Assembly (NCBI GenBank): GCA_012295275.1
Contig: CM022677.1
Coordinates: 20,274,001-20,338,000, forward strand
Reading direction: 5' to 3'
Source: Chrysomallon squamiferum
Lineage: Eukaryota; Animalia; Mollusca
DNA: 64,000 nucleotides
Positions 26,276 to 39,897 of the stretch are shown here, in pieces. The translations under genes were made by a program, and so were the position numbers. A model generated the notes under the pieces. It saw only the letters and a program-made list of their open reading frames with translations, was not told the DNA's origin and made no database searches. Numbering within the stretch: position 1 is the stretch's first letter; the number at the start of each line of letters is the position of its first letter.

Positions 26276-27247
26276 TACATTCACACACACACGCACTTCC
26301 AAACACCAAATAATCCAGTTTCAACCACTTACACGTGACGTCTGTCTGTCAGTCAGTATGTCTGTCTGTCTGTCTGTCTCTGTCTATGTATCTCTCTATT
26401 TGTAAATCCATTTAACATCTATCCATCCATCCTATCCTTTAATCCATTGAGATTCTCTCTCTGTCGCTTCAACATACACACATATATAAAAATCATGATA
26501 ATAAAAGAGAGAAAACCCGCTGAAGCTAATCTACGTGGTATTTCAAAGTCAGTGAAATTGGTGAATGATTCACCCAATATTAAATTAAATAATTAATGGG
26601 GTGACTGAAACCAGACATTAAAAATGACTAAACTCATAAAGAAAATCAGTCTAGTCACCGATGAATGAAATTTTATAATAAAAAAAAAACCTCAACATAC
26701 TGAAATAATTTAAAGAGCTCTGTGCTACAGAATAGCAACAAAAAAGAAATCTGTTACGTGTCCTTCCCACAGACAGTAAAAAAACATAAAGTGATATTTA
26801 GTAAACAGATGCATTTCAGGGGTTGGCGATAGCAGAGGATTGAACCTGCCATGGTCCACTCTTCAGAAGAGTTACAATTAAACACACAGAGAAAAATGTG
26901 GAGACTTTAAGAATGGTGAATCTTCAGAGATCGAATTTTTCAAAATGATGTTTTTATTATTTTCTAATTAATCAATTAACCAAATTTTATTTTGTTACGG
27001 TCGTTTGGTGAAAATGATAACGATGGTGATGATGATAGCAGTGATTATGATGAAGATGATAATTATGATGATAGCAGTAATGATAATGATAATGATAATG
27101 ATTTTGACGATCAGTGATGTTTGTAATGATGTTGATGATAATGACGAAGACAATGGTGACCATGATGGCGGTGCTGATGGTGATCACGATAATGATGTTA
27201 ATGATGAAAGTGATGATGATGATGATGATGATGATGATATCACCTAC

Positions 27248-27340
27248 CACAGTTAACTCCACTCCACTTGTCTGTGCACGAGCAGTTAGTGCATTTTTTA
27301 TCTGCTGTCCCGCCGTGAAGACATTTCAAACCACATCTGT
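27248..27340 (-). CDS. Gene B EGF-like exon 4
   Basis: ttacag|...|gtaggt, 93 bp: [31 protein letters not shown]. Confidence 0.88.
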
Positions 27341-27396
27341 CTGTAATATATAAATATATAAATATCTATCTGTCTATCTATCTATCTATCTATCCG

Positions 27397-27539
<143 letters not shown>

Positions 27540-27552
27540 GTCTATCTATCTA

Positions 27553-27584
<32 letters not shown>

Positions 27585-27721
27585 TCTATAAATATCTATC
27601 TATCTATCTCTATCTATCTATAATATCTATCTATCTATGTATCTATATATATATATATTTTAAGTAATAAATAAAATAGAACAAAACAAAACAAAATAAA
27701 CAATTAAATAGTAATAGTAGC

Positions 27722-27791
<70 letters not shown>

Positions 27792-28367
27792 GTAGTAGTA
27801 GTAGTAATAAAAAAAAAAGGATATTTCACTTATTCAACGTAACTTTCTTGTGGGTGAGACACAACTTTAATATCCTTAAATCATAACTGATTAAATACAC
27901 CAATATAAATAGTTTATGTTGTGTGGATAATATTAGTACATACAAATATAATTCTCTGTTTGTATGTATGTATGTATGTTTATGTATGTAGGTTTGTATG
28001 TATGTATGTATGTTTGTATGTATGTATGTATGTATGTATATATGTATGTGTGTATGTATGTATGTATGTATGTATGTATGTATGTGTGTATGTATGTATG
28101 TATGTTTGTATGTATGTATGTTTGTATGTATGTATGTATGTATATATATAGTATGTATGTATGTATGTATGTATGTTTGTATGTATGTATATATGTATGT
28201 ATGTGTGTATGTATGCATGTATGTATATATGTATGTGTGTATGTATGTATGTATACATATATATGTATGTATGTATAGGTGTGTGTGTATGTAGGCATGT
28301 ATATACGCGTGCGACCACACACACTCATACACAGACATGCGCGTGCGCGCACGTACATTTTACGTAC

Positions 28368-28467
28368 CACACTTCTCACCAGACCAGAAACCTTTGCATG
28401 TGCATCTCCTACAGTCTGGATCCGTGACACCTCCATTTAAACAGATCACACCACAGCACACACAGTA
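28368..28467 (-). CDS. Gene B EGF-like exon 3 (5' boundary anomalous)
   Basis: CGVICLNGGVTDPDCRRCTCKGFWSGEKC|gtacgt; nearest acceptor tttcag gives 100 bp (out of phase). Confidence 0.7.
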
Positions 28468-28520
28468 CTGAAAGATAAACACACGCACACAGTACACAGC
28501 ACACGTACACACATTTACAC

Positions 28521-28551
<31 letters not shown>

Positions 28552-28570
28552 GTACACACACAATATACAT

Positions 28571-28608
<38 letters not shown>

Positions 28609-28956
28609 GCACATGCATATATGTTTTATATATATATACACATATATATATATACACACACACACAGTACACAGCACACGCACACACACACAGTACACAC
28701 AGCACATGTTTTTACACATATATATATACACACACACACACACATATATATACACAGCACACAGCACGTACACACATAAATATATACACATATATACACA
28801 CACACACAGTACACAGCACACACACACAGTACACAGTACGTTTTTTACACATATATATATACACACACACAGCACACACACACACACAGTACACACACAC
28901 ACATATATATACACAGCACACGTATGTTTTATATATATATATACACACACACACAG

Positions 28957-28990
<34 letters not shown>

Positions 28991-29201
28991 GTACACACAT
29001 ATATATACATACGTACGTTTTACACAGCATATATATATACATACACACACACACAGTACACAGCACACGTATATATATTTTACACACACACACACACAGT
29101 ACACAATGCATATATATATACACACACACACACAGTACACAGCACACGTACTTTTACATATATATATACACGCACACACACAAAAAATACACAGCACACG
29201 T

Positions 29202-29245
<44 letters not shown>

Positions 29246-29280
29246 AAAACACAATACACAACACACGTATGTTTTGTATA

Positions 29281-29494
29281 CAGGGTGGCCCAAAAGACGG
29301 TTTACAGTTATTAAACTATCGTTTATATGCTTGAAGTTACATGCTAAGTACAATTAACATAAAATACAATGTTGAACGAGGACATTTTGGGCAACTGAGA
29401 GATTAAACAGCAGTTTCTGTTTAATGTTTGAAACATGCTTATATTTGAAAATAAATTGCCTACGTAATAACTGTAAACCTACTTTTGGGCCACC

Positions 29495-29497
<3 letters not shown>
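29281..29497. mobile_element. Tc1/mariner-type MITE, 217 bp
   Basis: 33 bp TIRs cagggtggcccaaaag..ggtttacagttatta / taataactgtaaacc..cttttgggccaccctg, flanked by TA on both sides. Confidence 0.9.
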
Positions 29498-29528
<31 letters not shown>

Positions 29529-29738
29529 AAGTCACTGTACAGTTACTTACAATAACAATTAAGACAAAGCAATTAATCAGCAGTCCAGAAATTCATTATT
29601 AAAATGGTTCTGGTTAATAACACTAAAATGCTGTGGTAAACAATAACAAATTAATTACCGATACTGTTCGAACGACATTCCTTTGCTTTTTTTTTATCAT
29701 AAGTAACTGAATAGTGACGTTATTGCTATCCTGTGTAC

Positions 29739-29776
<38 letters not shown>

Positions 29777-29944
29777 GTGTGTGTGTGTGTAAATGTGTCT
29801 AAGTGTCTGTGTGTGTGTGAGTGTGTTTGTGTGTCTGTGTCTGCCTGTGTGTCTGTATTTGTGTGTGTACATGTGTTCGTGGATAACACACGTTCTATAT
29901 ATAACAAAAAGCTAAGTGCGCGTGTACTGATGTAGTGGACATAC

Positions 29945-30037
29945 CACATGCGTGTCCACTCCAGCGTCCGAGACAGGAGCACTTGCTGCAGTCTTCTCTG
30001 ACCGTCCCCCCGTTAACACACTCCAGTGAACACGTCT
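29945..30037 (-). CDS. Gene B EGF-like exon 2
   Basis: tttcag|...|gtatgt, 93 bp: ETCSLECVNGGTVREDCSKCSCLGRWSGHAC. Confidence 0.88.
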
Positions 30038-30219
30038 CTGAAAGATAACACGTGTATAACACGTATATTAAATAACAAATATATTACACAAATAACTAAC
30101 ACATATGTAACAAATATATAAGGTATACATAAAACGTGTATAACCATTCATGTTATAACATATATAACACCAGTACAACACCTATTTAACAAAAAATATA
30201 ATACCTATATGATAATGTT

Positions 30220-30282
<63 letters not shown>

Positions 30283-30714
30283 AAATATATGTATGACATA
30301 TATATATATATATATAACACTTATATAATAAAAACGTGTAATTATAATAACTTCATGCAAAACTTGCAACAGATGATGATGAAGGTAAACAAATAAAATA
30401 AAACATATATAGAAAGGAAACAAACATAACAAACAAAGAAAAACAATAAAAAATTGAAAATTCAGAAAGAAAAAAAAAGAGAACGATTTATAAATATGCC
30501 TGTCTCTTAATAAATAAATATAATAAGTAAATAAAAAAAAAAAAAAAAATAAAAATAAAAATAAAAATAAAAAAAATTAAAAATTAAAAATAAAAAAAAA
30601 AATCTCTAAATAAATAAACAAACAAATAAATAAATAAACGGATAAATAAAATAACTGACCGTACAGTACATACCCCAGTTTCTTACCGTAAAGCTTATAC
30701 AGTCAGACACTTAC

Positions 30715-30807
30715 CACAGTGTGCGTTTGTCCAGAAGAGTAAGCAGCTGCATTTCTCACAGTAGATGTCTGGCGAGCCTCCGTGTTCACAACGCAGGCTA
30801 CATTTTT
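30715..30807 (-). CDS. Gene B EGF-like exon 1
   Basis: ttacag|...|gtaagt, 93 bp: EKCSLRCEHGGSPDIYCEKCSCLLFWTNAHC. Confidence 0.88.
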
Positions 30808-30905
30808 CTGTAAGAAATCACAAATTTGTATGAAGCAGACCGAAGCTTTCAGAAACATGCAAAACAAAAACGCGAAGAAAATGTACAAGAAAAAAATAAT
30901 AACAA

Positions 30906-30942
<37 letters not shown>

Positions 30943-31013
30943 AAACGTCCGTACGAATAAAGGAAGGAAAGAAAGAAAGAAGGAAGGAACGGACAAATAA
31001 ATAAATAAATATA

Positions 31014-31052
<39 letters not shown>

Positions 31053-31632
31053 AAGCCTATTTAATGAATTAAAATCCGTAAAAAAAAATCCGAGAAATGT
31101 GTCGATTTGTCTAACAGTAGACATAACCGAGTGACGACTATTTAAAAAGTAAATAAAAAAATAAAAAAATAAAAAAATAAAAGAGAAATGACAAAAAAAA
31201 AAAAAAAAAAAAAAAAAAAAACACGCGGCTTATTTTAGAGTTCGCCGGATCATGTTTAACACGTAATGTTTATTAATGACGTCACTACAGTCGGAGGCAG
31301 ATTCTCTACAGCGAACTAGGAATATAGTGTTTAGTGTTTTCCAGAAACGTCGACGCAAGAAATGGTGTAGACAAAACGTCTGTCTACTTTATCCTGTCAG
31401 CAGGTTTTATCGTTCTTTTTCTGCTAATTTATAATCGCCGTCAATGTCGACTGCCTTAACTGGTGACGTTTACCAAACACACTAACGAAATCTTTGTGCA
31501 TGTTTGATATAGGCATGGTTGCTAATGACGACATAAGAACGGCTGGCGGGAATAATGCTATGATGTAACTAGGAAATGCGTGACTTTAAGAATTTGCTGT
31601 GTGCGTGTATGTGTGTCTGTGTGTGTGTGTGT

Positions 31633-31712
<80 letters not shown>

Positions 31713-31828
31713 ATGTATTTATGTATATAGGTATGTATGTATGTATAAGCATATGTAGCTTTGTTTATATATATGTGTGTGTATGTGAGTGTGTGTATGT
31801 GTGTGTGTGTCTGTGTTTAATATCTCAC

Positions 31829-33286
31829 CTTCACAATTTAGCTCCTTCTTGATGGCAGCGGCGGAACTTCGTTCCAAAGGATACGTATTCTTCTCCGTCT
31901 TGCAGTCGCCGTAGAGGGTCAGCGAGTCCAGGTGGGTGAGGATGTAGTGCACGCGGCACGTGCAGCGCACGTTCGTTCCCGCCAGCAGGATTCGCTTGAA
32001 CTTGAGCTCGTTGTACTGCAGCACGAAACTCAGGCTGAGCAGCTTCGTGTCCTCCAGCACCAGCGTCAGCTGGGAGCCGACGAAGTTGAAGGCCATCGAA
32101 GCCACCGACTGGATCGGGTTGCCCCGAGGTCGTAGTACGTGGCGGACGAGCCCTGGAAGGAGACGAGTCGCTTGATCTTGTTTCGCCTCAGGTTGATCCG
32201 CTGCAGCGAGCCGAACCGCTTGATCAGGGTGATGGGCACCTTGGTTAGGTTCCTGTCGTCGATCGTCACCTTCCTCAGGCAGCCCTTGTGCTTGTCCAGT
32301 ATCGTGTCCGTGATCGGGAACAGCGTGCCGCTGATGTCGATCTGGTCGAGGCAGTAGCTGCCGTCGAGCGAGTTCTCGCTGAACGCCGTCAGCGGGTTGT
32401 AGGAGAGGTCGAGCCGGCTGAGGTCGATGAGGCCCCGCAGGCTCTCAGTCGGGGCGTCGTCGAGGCCGCACTTGCCGAGGCTGAGGCGGCTGAGGGTGTA
32501 CTCGAGGCCTCCGAAGGCTCGCCTGCCGATCGAGACGCCGGCGTTGCCGGTGAGGTTGACGACGGCGAGTCGCTCGAAGCCCGAGAAGAAGCCCTGCCTG
32601 ACGGAGGCCACGCGATTGAACGCCAGGTTCAGCCTCTGGAGCTGAGTCAGCTGCCTCACTGAACTGGGGATGGAGTCGAGGTAGTTGCTGGAGAGGTCGA
32701 GCCGCTTCAGCCCGAGAACCTCCCTGAAGAAGTCGTCGCGTATGAACTTGATGGAGCAGTCGCTGAAGGTGACCTCTTCGAGTGACGTCACCATTCGGCC
32801 GGCGAACGGTTTGCCTATCAGATCGTCCCCCATCAGCGTGTTTCCGTCCAGCCACAGCGTGAGGAGGGAGCGCAGGCCGTCGAGGTATTCGTAGGGCACG
32901 CTGTTGAGGACCCTGCCCGTGCGCTGAAGGTTGAGGTGCTTCAGGGAGCTGCCCAGGTTGACGAAGCAGTCCTTTTGAAGATTGAGTCTTGGGTTGTCCA
33001 CCAGGTTCATCACGATGACGTTCAGGCCAAAGGGGAACGTGGACGACATTATTAGTAAGATGTCGTTGTGGCTGAAGTCGAGGCGAAGGTTTATGGAGGT
33101 GCCCGAGAGCGCGCGCAGTTTCGGCACGGATCTCAGTCCCAGTCCAGAACAGTCGATGTCGTAAATGCTGCCCAGACTCGGCAGGGATCCGTGCTGGCAG
33201 TAGCAGCCGTCCGGACAATGCAGGGCCTCGTTCAGAGAGAGCAGAATGTGGAAGACAAGCAGCAGTAAGGGTATCGCCGTATCCAT
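31829..33286 (-). CDS. Gene B large exon: signal peptide + LRRNT + LRRs + LRRCT-like cap (1-bp frameshift near 32122-32126)
   Basis: ORFs 32066..33286 and 31719..32105 join into a protein collinear with gene A; acceptor at 33333-33335; donor LNCEG|gtgaga at 31828. Confidence 0.9.
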
Positions 33287-33393
33287 GGTTTATTTAAAAG
33301 TCTTCAAACGAACGGGATCCAGTATGAGTGACCTAGAAAAAAAAAACCCAAAACACCAAACAAACAACGAATAGTTGGAATCATCTTAATAAG

Positions 33394-33431
<38 letters not shown>

Positions 33432-34393
33432 ATAAAGAAAGAAAGAAAGAACGAATATAATTTTCATTAATAACAAGAAAATAATGAATACGTTAAAGAA
33501 CAAGTGAATGACGTATATGTAATCAATACAAACACGCACAAACATCAGCACACAAGACAAACGCACACGTACATACGTCTGTAATAACAGATCTTTCAAA
33601 TTTTTAAATCAACACACTTATTTAATTAGCTAGTCACAATTTTTAAGTCTGTAAACATTTTTTAAGCCTGTAAACATTTTTAAAAGCCTGTAAACATTTT
33701 GTAGTAATTTCACCGACAAACTAAATTAATTACTTTGATGTGTAAATTAAAGATGAATAATTTTGTGCCTTGGTGTTTTTCTCCGTATGGTTAGATGTTG
33801 TCTGTGTGTGTGTCTGTGTGTGTGTGTGTTTGTGTGTGTGATTTTCGTGAGTGTGTGTGTTTGTTCATGTATATACGCCTGCATGTCATATATATGTCAT
33901 ATATATGTTCATGTTATTTTGTTTGTGTATGTGCGTCTTTTTCTCTGTGTGTTATTTATTTTCTTTGTATATTTTGATCTTCATGCAGTTTTGTGTATAT
34001 CTGTGTTTATATTTGTATGTGGGTATGTAGACAGTATCATTTCTCACAGAGTAGCTACTGACACGTTTCAACTGTTATATTATTACAGAAACTGCATTCA
34101 TTGCGTCTGAAACATTTAACAATTTAATCTGGTTTAATTATTCATGGAAGTCAAAAGTATGTTTAGCTGATTCTGAATATAAAGCGTATATAAGCTCGAT
34201 TGTTTTATTTGTAACATAAACATCTCTGTTACTAAGTGTTTTTTACTTTATTTACTTACAAGTAATATACAATATTTCTTCATTTTCTCTTTAGAACTGT
34301 ACTTGTAATAGAAATATACTCTTTCTGCAAGAATTAGTTATATCCAGTGAATAATTTTTCAGTGGAATAATCTCGATTGTTTTAGTTACTTAC

Positions 34394-34546
34394 CGGTATA
34401 TTTGGCGTGACATGTAACTGACGTCATTTTGTCTGACGTCACCTTTTCACTTTCTCTTCCCGATACTAATATACGAAGTTGTTTGTTCTGTGTATTTATA
34501 GCATCAGTTTGTTAAATTGCCATAAATCAGTTCTACGCATGCGCAT
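34394..34546 (-). promoter_or_regulatory. Gene B putative 5' UTR exon and core promoter
   Basis: Donor CG|gtaagt at 34393-34388; TATAAATA (minus) at 34493-34500; perfect CRE palindromes TGACGTCA at 34419 and 34434; ACGCATGCGC (NRF1-like) near 34535. Confidence 0.6.
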
Positions 34547-34895
34547 CGCACCATTACAAATTCACTATACCTTTTCCGGTTTCGGAGTTGTTACAAATAA
34601 ATAAGTCGAGTCTATGGATTTAATAATATTTTTATTTTATATATCAACCGATCGAAATACGCAAAGTTTTTCCAAAATAAATTAATTCACAAAGTCAGAT
34701 ACTGAAGTAAAAAACCAGCCTTTTTACCCTCGCATTAACGTAAATTCCATTTTAGTCCGATAATTTTAAAGTTAATTTATAAATTAATTATTATTTATGA
34801 AAATTTAAAATTCTTAGATAACTGCAACAGCAGCGGTAACAACAACAAGAAGAACAAAATACCACTGCCACCACACACACAACAACAACCATAAT

Positions 34896-34988
<93 letters not shown>

Positions 34989-35587
34989 AATTGTAATAAC
35001 AGCAATGATGATAATAAAAAATATATATATATAAAAAATTAAAATGAAGAAAAAAATAAAATAGGGTTATCTCCGTTTCATTCATTACTTCTATCGATTT
35101 TAAGTCAAATTAATTAAATGAACATCGGCAATCTGCTTCGTGTGTTTATTCTGATCTCTGTGACAACTATGTGTGGATTGTTGAGATGCAAGCGTCAAAA
35201 GCTGTGCACATATACATTGTTCAAAACGAGAAATATATCTAATAAAATCTTATGTAGTGAGCTTCGGAATCGGAAAAAAACTAAAAAAGAAATTAAATAA
35301 AACAAATATAAATAAATAGTGGGAAACACAATTAACAAAAAAATAAATAATAATAATAATAATAATAATAAAAGAAAGGAAAGAATTTTTTTTAAAATAA
35401 AACAAATAAACAAACAAACAAACACTTAAATAAATAAACAAGCTAGTAAAATAAACAAACAAATAAACAAAGAAAAAACAGATAAATAAATAAATAAATG
35501 AACAAACAAACAGATAAATAAATAAATAATATATAAATACACAAACTAGTAAAATAAACAAACAAAAAATATAATAATATTGTTTTC

Positions 35588-36226
35588 TTTATGGTCTAAG
35601 GGGAGTAACTCTAAATTAAAGATTATTATTTTTGTTCGCGGTATAAGAATATCGTTAGAAAATCGGAAAATATATTTTGTATCTTGCGTGAAAAACGTCC
35701 ATTTTTGTAAAACTAACTAGAATGGTACAATATATTTTCATACTGACTTCACAAATATAATATATGAATTCAAATTAATCGCACAAACTTAATTTTGATA
35801 AAATACCTGTAACTATTTTCTTAGATATAATTTTCATTTCGCACTTCCTAATTTGTAAACCTTATGAAACACACTATAACAAAATTAATAAAAACAAAAA
35901 ATAACAACCATAAATTTGAATGGTAGTAATTCATTTTTATTTTTTATTTTGGCTTGCACTAAAAGTGCGACCGTATAATGTAATTCGCTTATGGTCTAAG
36001 GGGAATAACTCCAGTTTTGCAACAAATAGTGCAAACATCGAAAGACTGCCAGTTCATGTGTCAATTCCATTGCAAATATCAACACTTAAGCATTTAGCCA
36101 GGTATTCCTCCATCTGAAGTTCTCAATGGACATGTATTATTTTTTCTCCAGGTTCAAATCAGTGAATTCTCTGATTTGTAATACTTCCAGACCAAATATG
36201 AACAAAAGAACAAATAAATAAATAGA

Positions 36227-36265
<39 letters not shown>

Positions 36266-36677
36266 ATGTGATTAAAAAAAATACTGTTAGTTTTTAATAG
36301 TTATACGATCATATTCAAGAAATCTACATTAAATTCTGATTAAATAAATAAAGGTATATTTCTTACGGTCTAAGGGAAACAACTCCATTTATTGCTACGG
36401 CATAATACTAAAACTTGCAATAATTTTTTATGTTTTATCTTTTGTTTTGATATTAATGCAAATTTACTTTAATTCAATGTAAATGAAATTCGTAACGATA
36501 TTTGACGACTTTATTCATATTTATTGAAAATAATAATAATAATAAAAAAATAATAAAATAAATAAAATGTGGTGTGAAGAAATCGGTATGTTAAATGGAG
36601 TTATTCCCCTTAGACCATAAAGAAAAAGGTGGCTTTAAAATAATTATATTTTAAAATTAATTTTGTTGTTCTTGTTA

Positions 36678-36723
<46 letters not shown>

Positions 36724-36997
36724 TTTATTATTTAAAGAGAAAAGAAAATATTATTTATTACAAAAATGTATGTGTGTGCGTGAGTACATCTTAATACAAC
36801 TGTATCTGACGTCTTTATTTATATTTATTGAAAATAAGAAATAAAACAAATAAAACAAATAAATAAGCCAAAAATAATAAAATAAAAATAATAAAAATAA
36901 AAAATACAAAAACAATATTGAGTTAAGAAATCAGTTTGTTAAATGGAGTTATTCCCCTTAGACCATAAAGAAAGACGTGGGTTTTACATTTTTCTTA

Positions 36998-37036
<39 letters not shown>

Positions 37037-37170
37037 TAAAGAGAAAAGAAAATATTATTTATTTCAAAAATGTGTTTGTGATGTGTGTGTGTGCGTGTGT
37101 GTCTGTCCGAGGTGTGTGTATGCGTGAGTAGACCTGAGTACAACTACATTTGACTTTAATTATTTTTATT

Positions 37171-37216
<46 letters not shown>

Positions 37217-37230
37217 TACAACACCCTTAC

Positions 37231-37271
<41 letters not shown>

Positions 37272-37877
37272 GGTATGTTAAATGGAGTTATTCCCCATAG
37301 ACCATAAAAAAGATATGGGATATACATTTTTCTTTAAAATTATTATTATTATTATTATTGAAAGAATAATGTTTGTGTGTAAGTGTGTGTGCGTGAGTAC
37401 ATTTGAAATTAATCAAAATAGCTCCTGTACTCTATTCAGAAAAATAATTTATAAATAAATGTGAATCAGCAGCAGAGACTTTAAAAAAGTTACTGACTGT
37501 TAGTTTTTAATAGTTACATGATTATATTAAAAAAGTCTACACTTTATCCTGCTTAAATAAATAAAGGTATATTTTTTACGGTCTAAGTGAAACAACTCCA
37601 GTTATTGCTACCACATAAAAAAACAACAACAAATAGGCATATCTTTATATTTTATTTTTAGTTTAGATATTAATACAAACTATTTAAATGAAATTCGTAA
37701 CTATATTTGACGACTTTATTTATATTTATTGAAAATAAGAAAAACAAATTAAAAAAAACCCACCAATATCCTTCCAAAGACAAAACAATGTGGCGTCAAG
37801 AAATCAGTATGTTAAATAGAGTTATTCCCCTTAGACCATAAAGAACGAGGTGGCTTATAAAATTATTATATTTTTGA

Positions 37878-37919
<42 letters not shown>

Positions 37920-38265
37920 GATTCTTAGTTTTTAATATCCAAGAAATCTATATTTTATCCAGCATAAATAAAGGTATAGTTTATGATCTAAGGGAAACAG
38001 CTCCAGTTATTGCTACGACATAAACACAAAATTAGCAATATCTTTTATGTTTTAAGTTTAGATATAAATAAGTCAATGTAAATGAAATCGTAACTATATT
38101 TGACGACTTCATTCATATTTATTGAAAAAACAAACAAAAACCCCCCCAAAAAACAATAAAATAATTCAAATTAATACAGCATCCCCTCCCCATAAAAATA
38201 TTTAAAAATCAAAAAAAATGTGTATTTAGTGAAGAATAGAGTTATTCCCCATCTAGACCATTTAA
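35588..38265. repeat. Cluster of ~250 bp AT-rich units bounded by inverted TATGGTCTAAGGGGAATAACTCC motifs (MITE-like)
   Basis: Motif on + at ~35590, 35990, 36367, 37579, 37984 and on - at ~36597, 36945, 37284, 37818, 38238; internal sequences of the units are homologous. Confidence 0.7.
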
Positions 38266-39049
38266 ATAATTTTGAGGTGGCTTATAAAATTTCTAAAAAA
38301 TTATTACTATTATTATTTTTAAAAAAAAAAAATATAAATAAATAAATAAAAAAAAAAGTAATAATAAAAAAAATATAAAAAAATTAAAAAATAATAATAA
38401 AAATAATAATAAAAAATAAATTAAAACTGTAAAAAGAATATCTGCAACGACAATTAAATAAATAACCTAACAACGACAAAACCCTCCAGCTTTTAATGGC
38501 TATATGCTGGTTTCGTACAATTCACGATTTTACAAGGAAACAATTGTGGGTCAATAACTCAGAATTATTTACGGTCTATGTTGGCTAATATATTTCTAAA
38601 GAAAATATCAGTAATAAATTATTCCTTTTAAATTTAGTTTTTGGTTTCAAAATATTATTACAAACCTAAATAAACTATAAAAAATATCCGACAAGTTTAA
38701 TAATATTTATTCAAATTGTTGAGGAGAAAAAAAAAAAAAAAAAAAATGAAACAAGCATGGCATTAAGGATATAACAAATGTCTTAATTAGAGTTATTTCC
38801 GTTAGAAGATTAAGAAATCGGTATGCTTTACAAATAACAAAAATTGAACCATCGGTTTAAACTTAAAGATATTAAGATGTGCATTAAACAAAAATAAAAA
38901 TAAAAACAAAAAAAAAACCAAATAAATAAACAAAAAACATTAGTTTGTCTTTTGTTAAATACATAAGTATTAAACTGCTTTTTTTTTTTATTCATCACAA
39001 AATAAAATTAAATAAATATTTAACGTCCTTTTTCAAACTATCTTTCTGT

Positions 39050-39313
39050 TGACGTCACGAAAGGTCATATGCGCAGAGTGGAAAAGTCACTTCCGTATTT
39101 CAGTTATTCCATGAAATTATGCAATTTTTAAATTTAGCTACTACGAGCATTTCCTATTTGAATATAACAAATGACAACATAAATAATAATTAATAATGAT
39201 GATAAAAATATAGATCGCCTTAAACAGATGATATTTCCAGGAATCATTCACAAAATGGAGAAGAAATATGTATAATATTCATTTAGGAATGGATACCGTC
39301 TTTGCTTGCTATG
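39050..39313 (+). promoter_or_regulatory. Gene C putative promoter and 5' UTR exon
   Basis: TGACGTCA at 39050-39057, ACTTCCG (ETS-like) near 39089, candidate donor ATG|gtaatt at 39314; strong acceptor poly(T)..aaacag at 39831-39832. Confidence 0.45.
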
Positions 39314-39488
39314 GTAATTTTATCTTCGTTTTTTTTTCTTCTTTATTCTTTTAAGATATTTTTATTTTTATTTTTTTAAAATTATTATTCTGTTTAAAAT
39401 TCTGCAGTTTTGAGAATAATTATTTATTATCATGCCTTCAACAAAACAAACAGAGAAATATTTATTTTATTATAATAATAAAGTCAAC

Positions 39489-39525
<37 letters not shown>

Positions 39526-39897
39526 GCGTCAGTAAAACCGTAAACTATCTGAAAATTAATTAAGTCAATTAAACTAAAAATCTTTAGAGTACTACAGCAA
39601 TGTTCGACATTATTATTTTATACAAAGATTTCCCCCTGTTTTCATGAACAAATATGGCGTCGTGTAACATTAAGACGAGAACAAATGTGGATATATATTC
39701 ACAGTATTACATAAAAATAATTTGAAAAGAAGAGTTGTCTTTCATTTATGAAAATAATGAAACAAATTTTAAATTTTATCTTTAATTTTAATTTTTTTTT
39801 TTTTTTTTTTGTTATACTTATTTTTTAAACAGGATGACACCATAACAACATCAGAAACATTACAATGTGAAAAGTAACTTGTAACTGCACAAATAGT

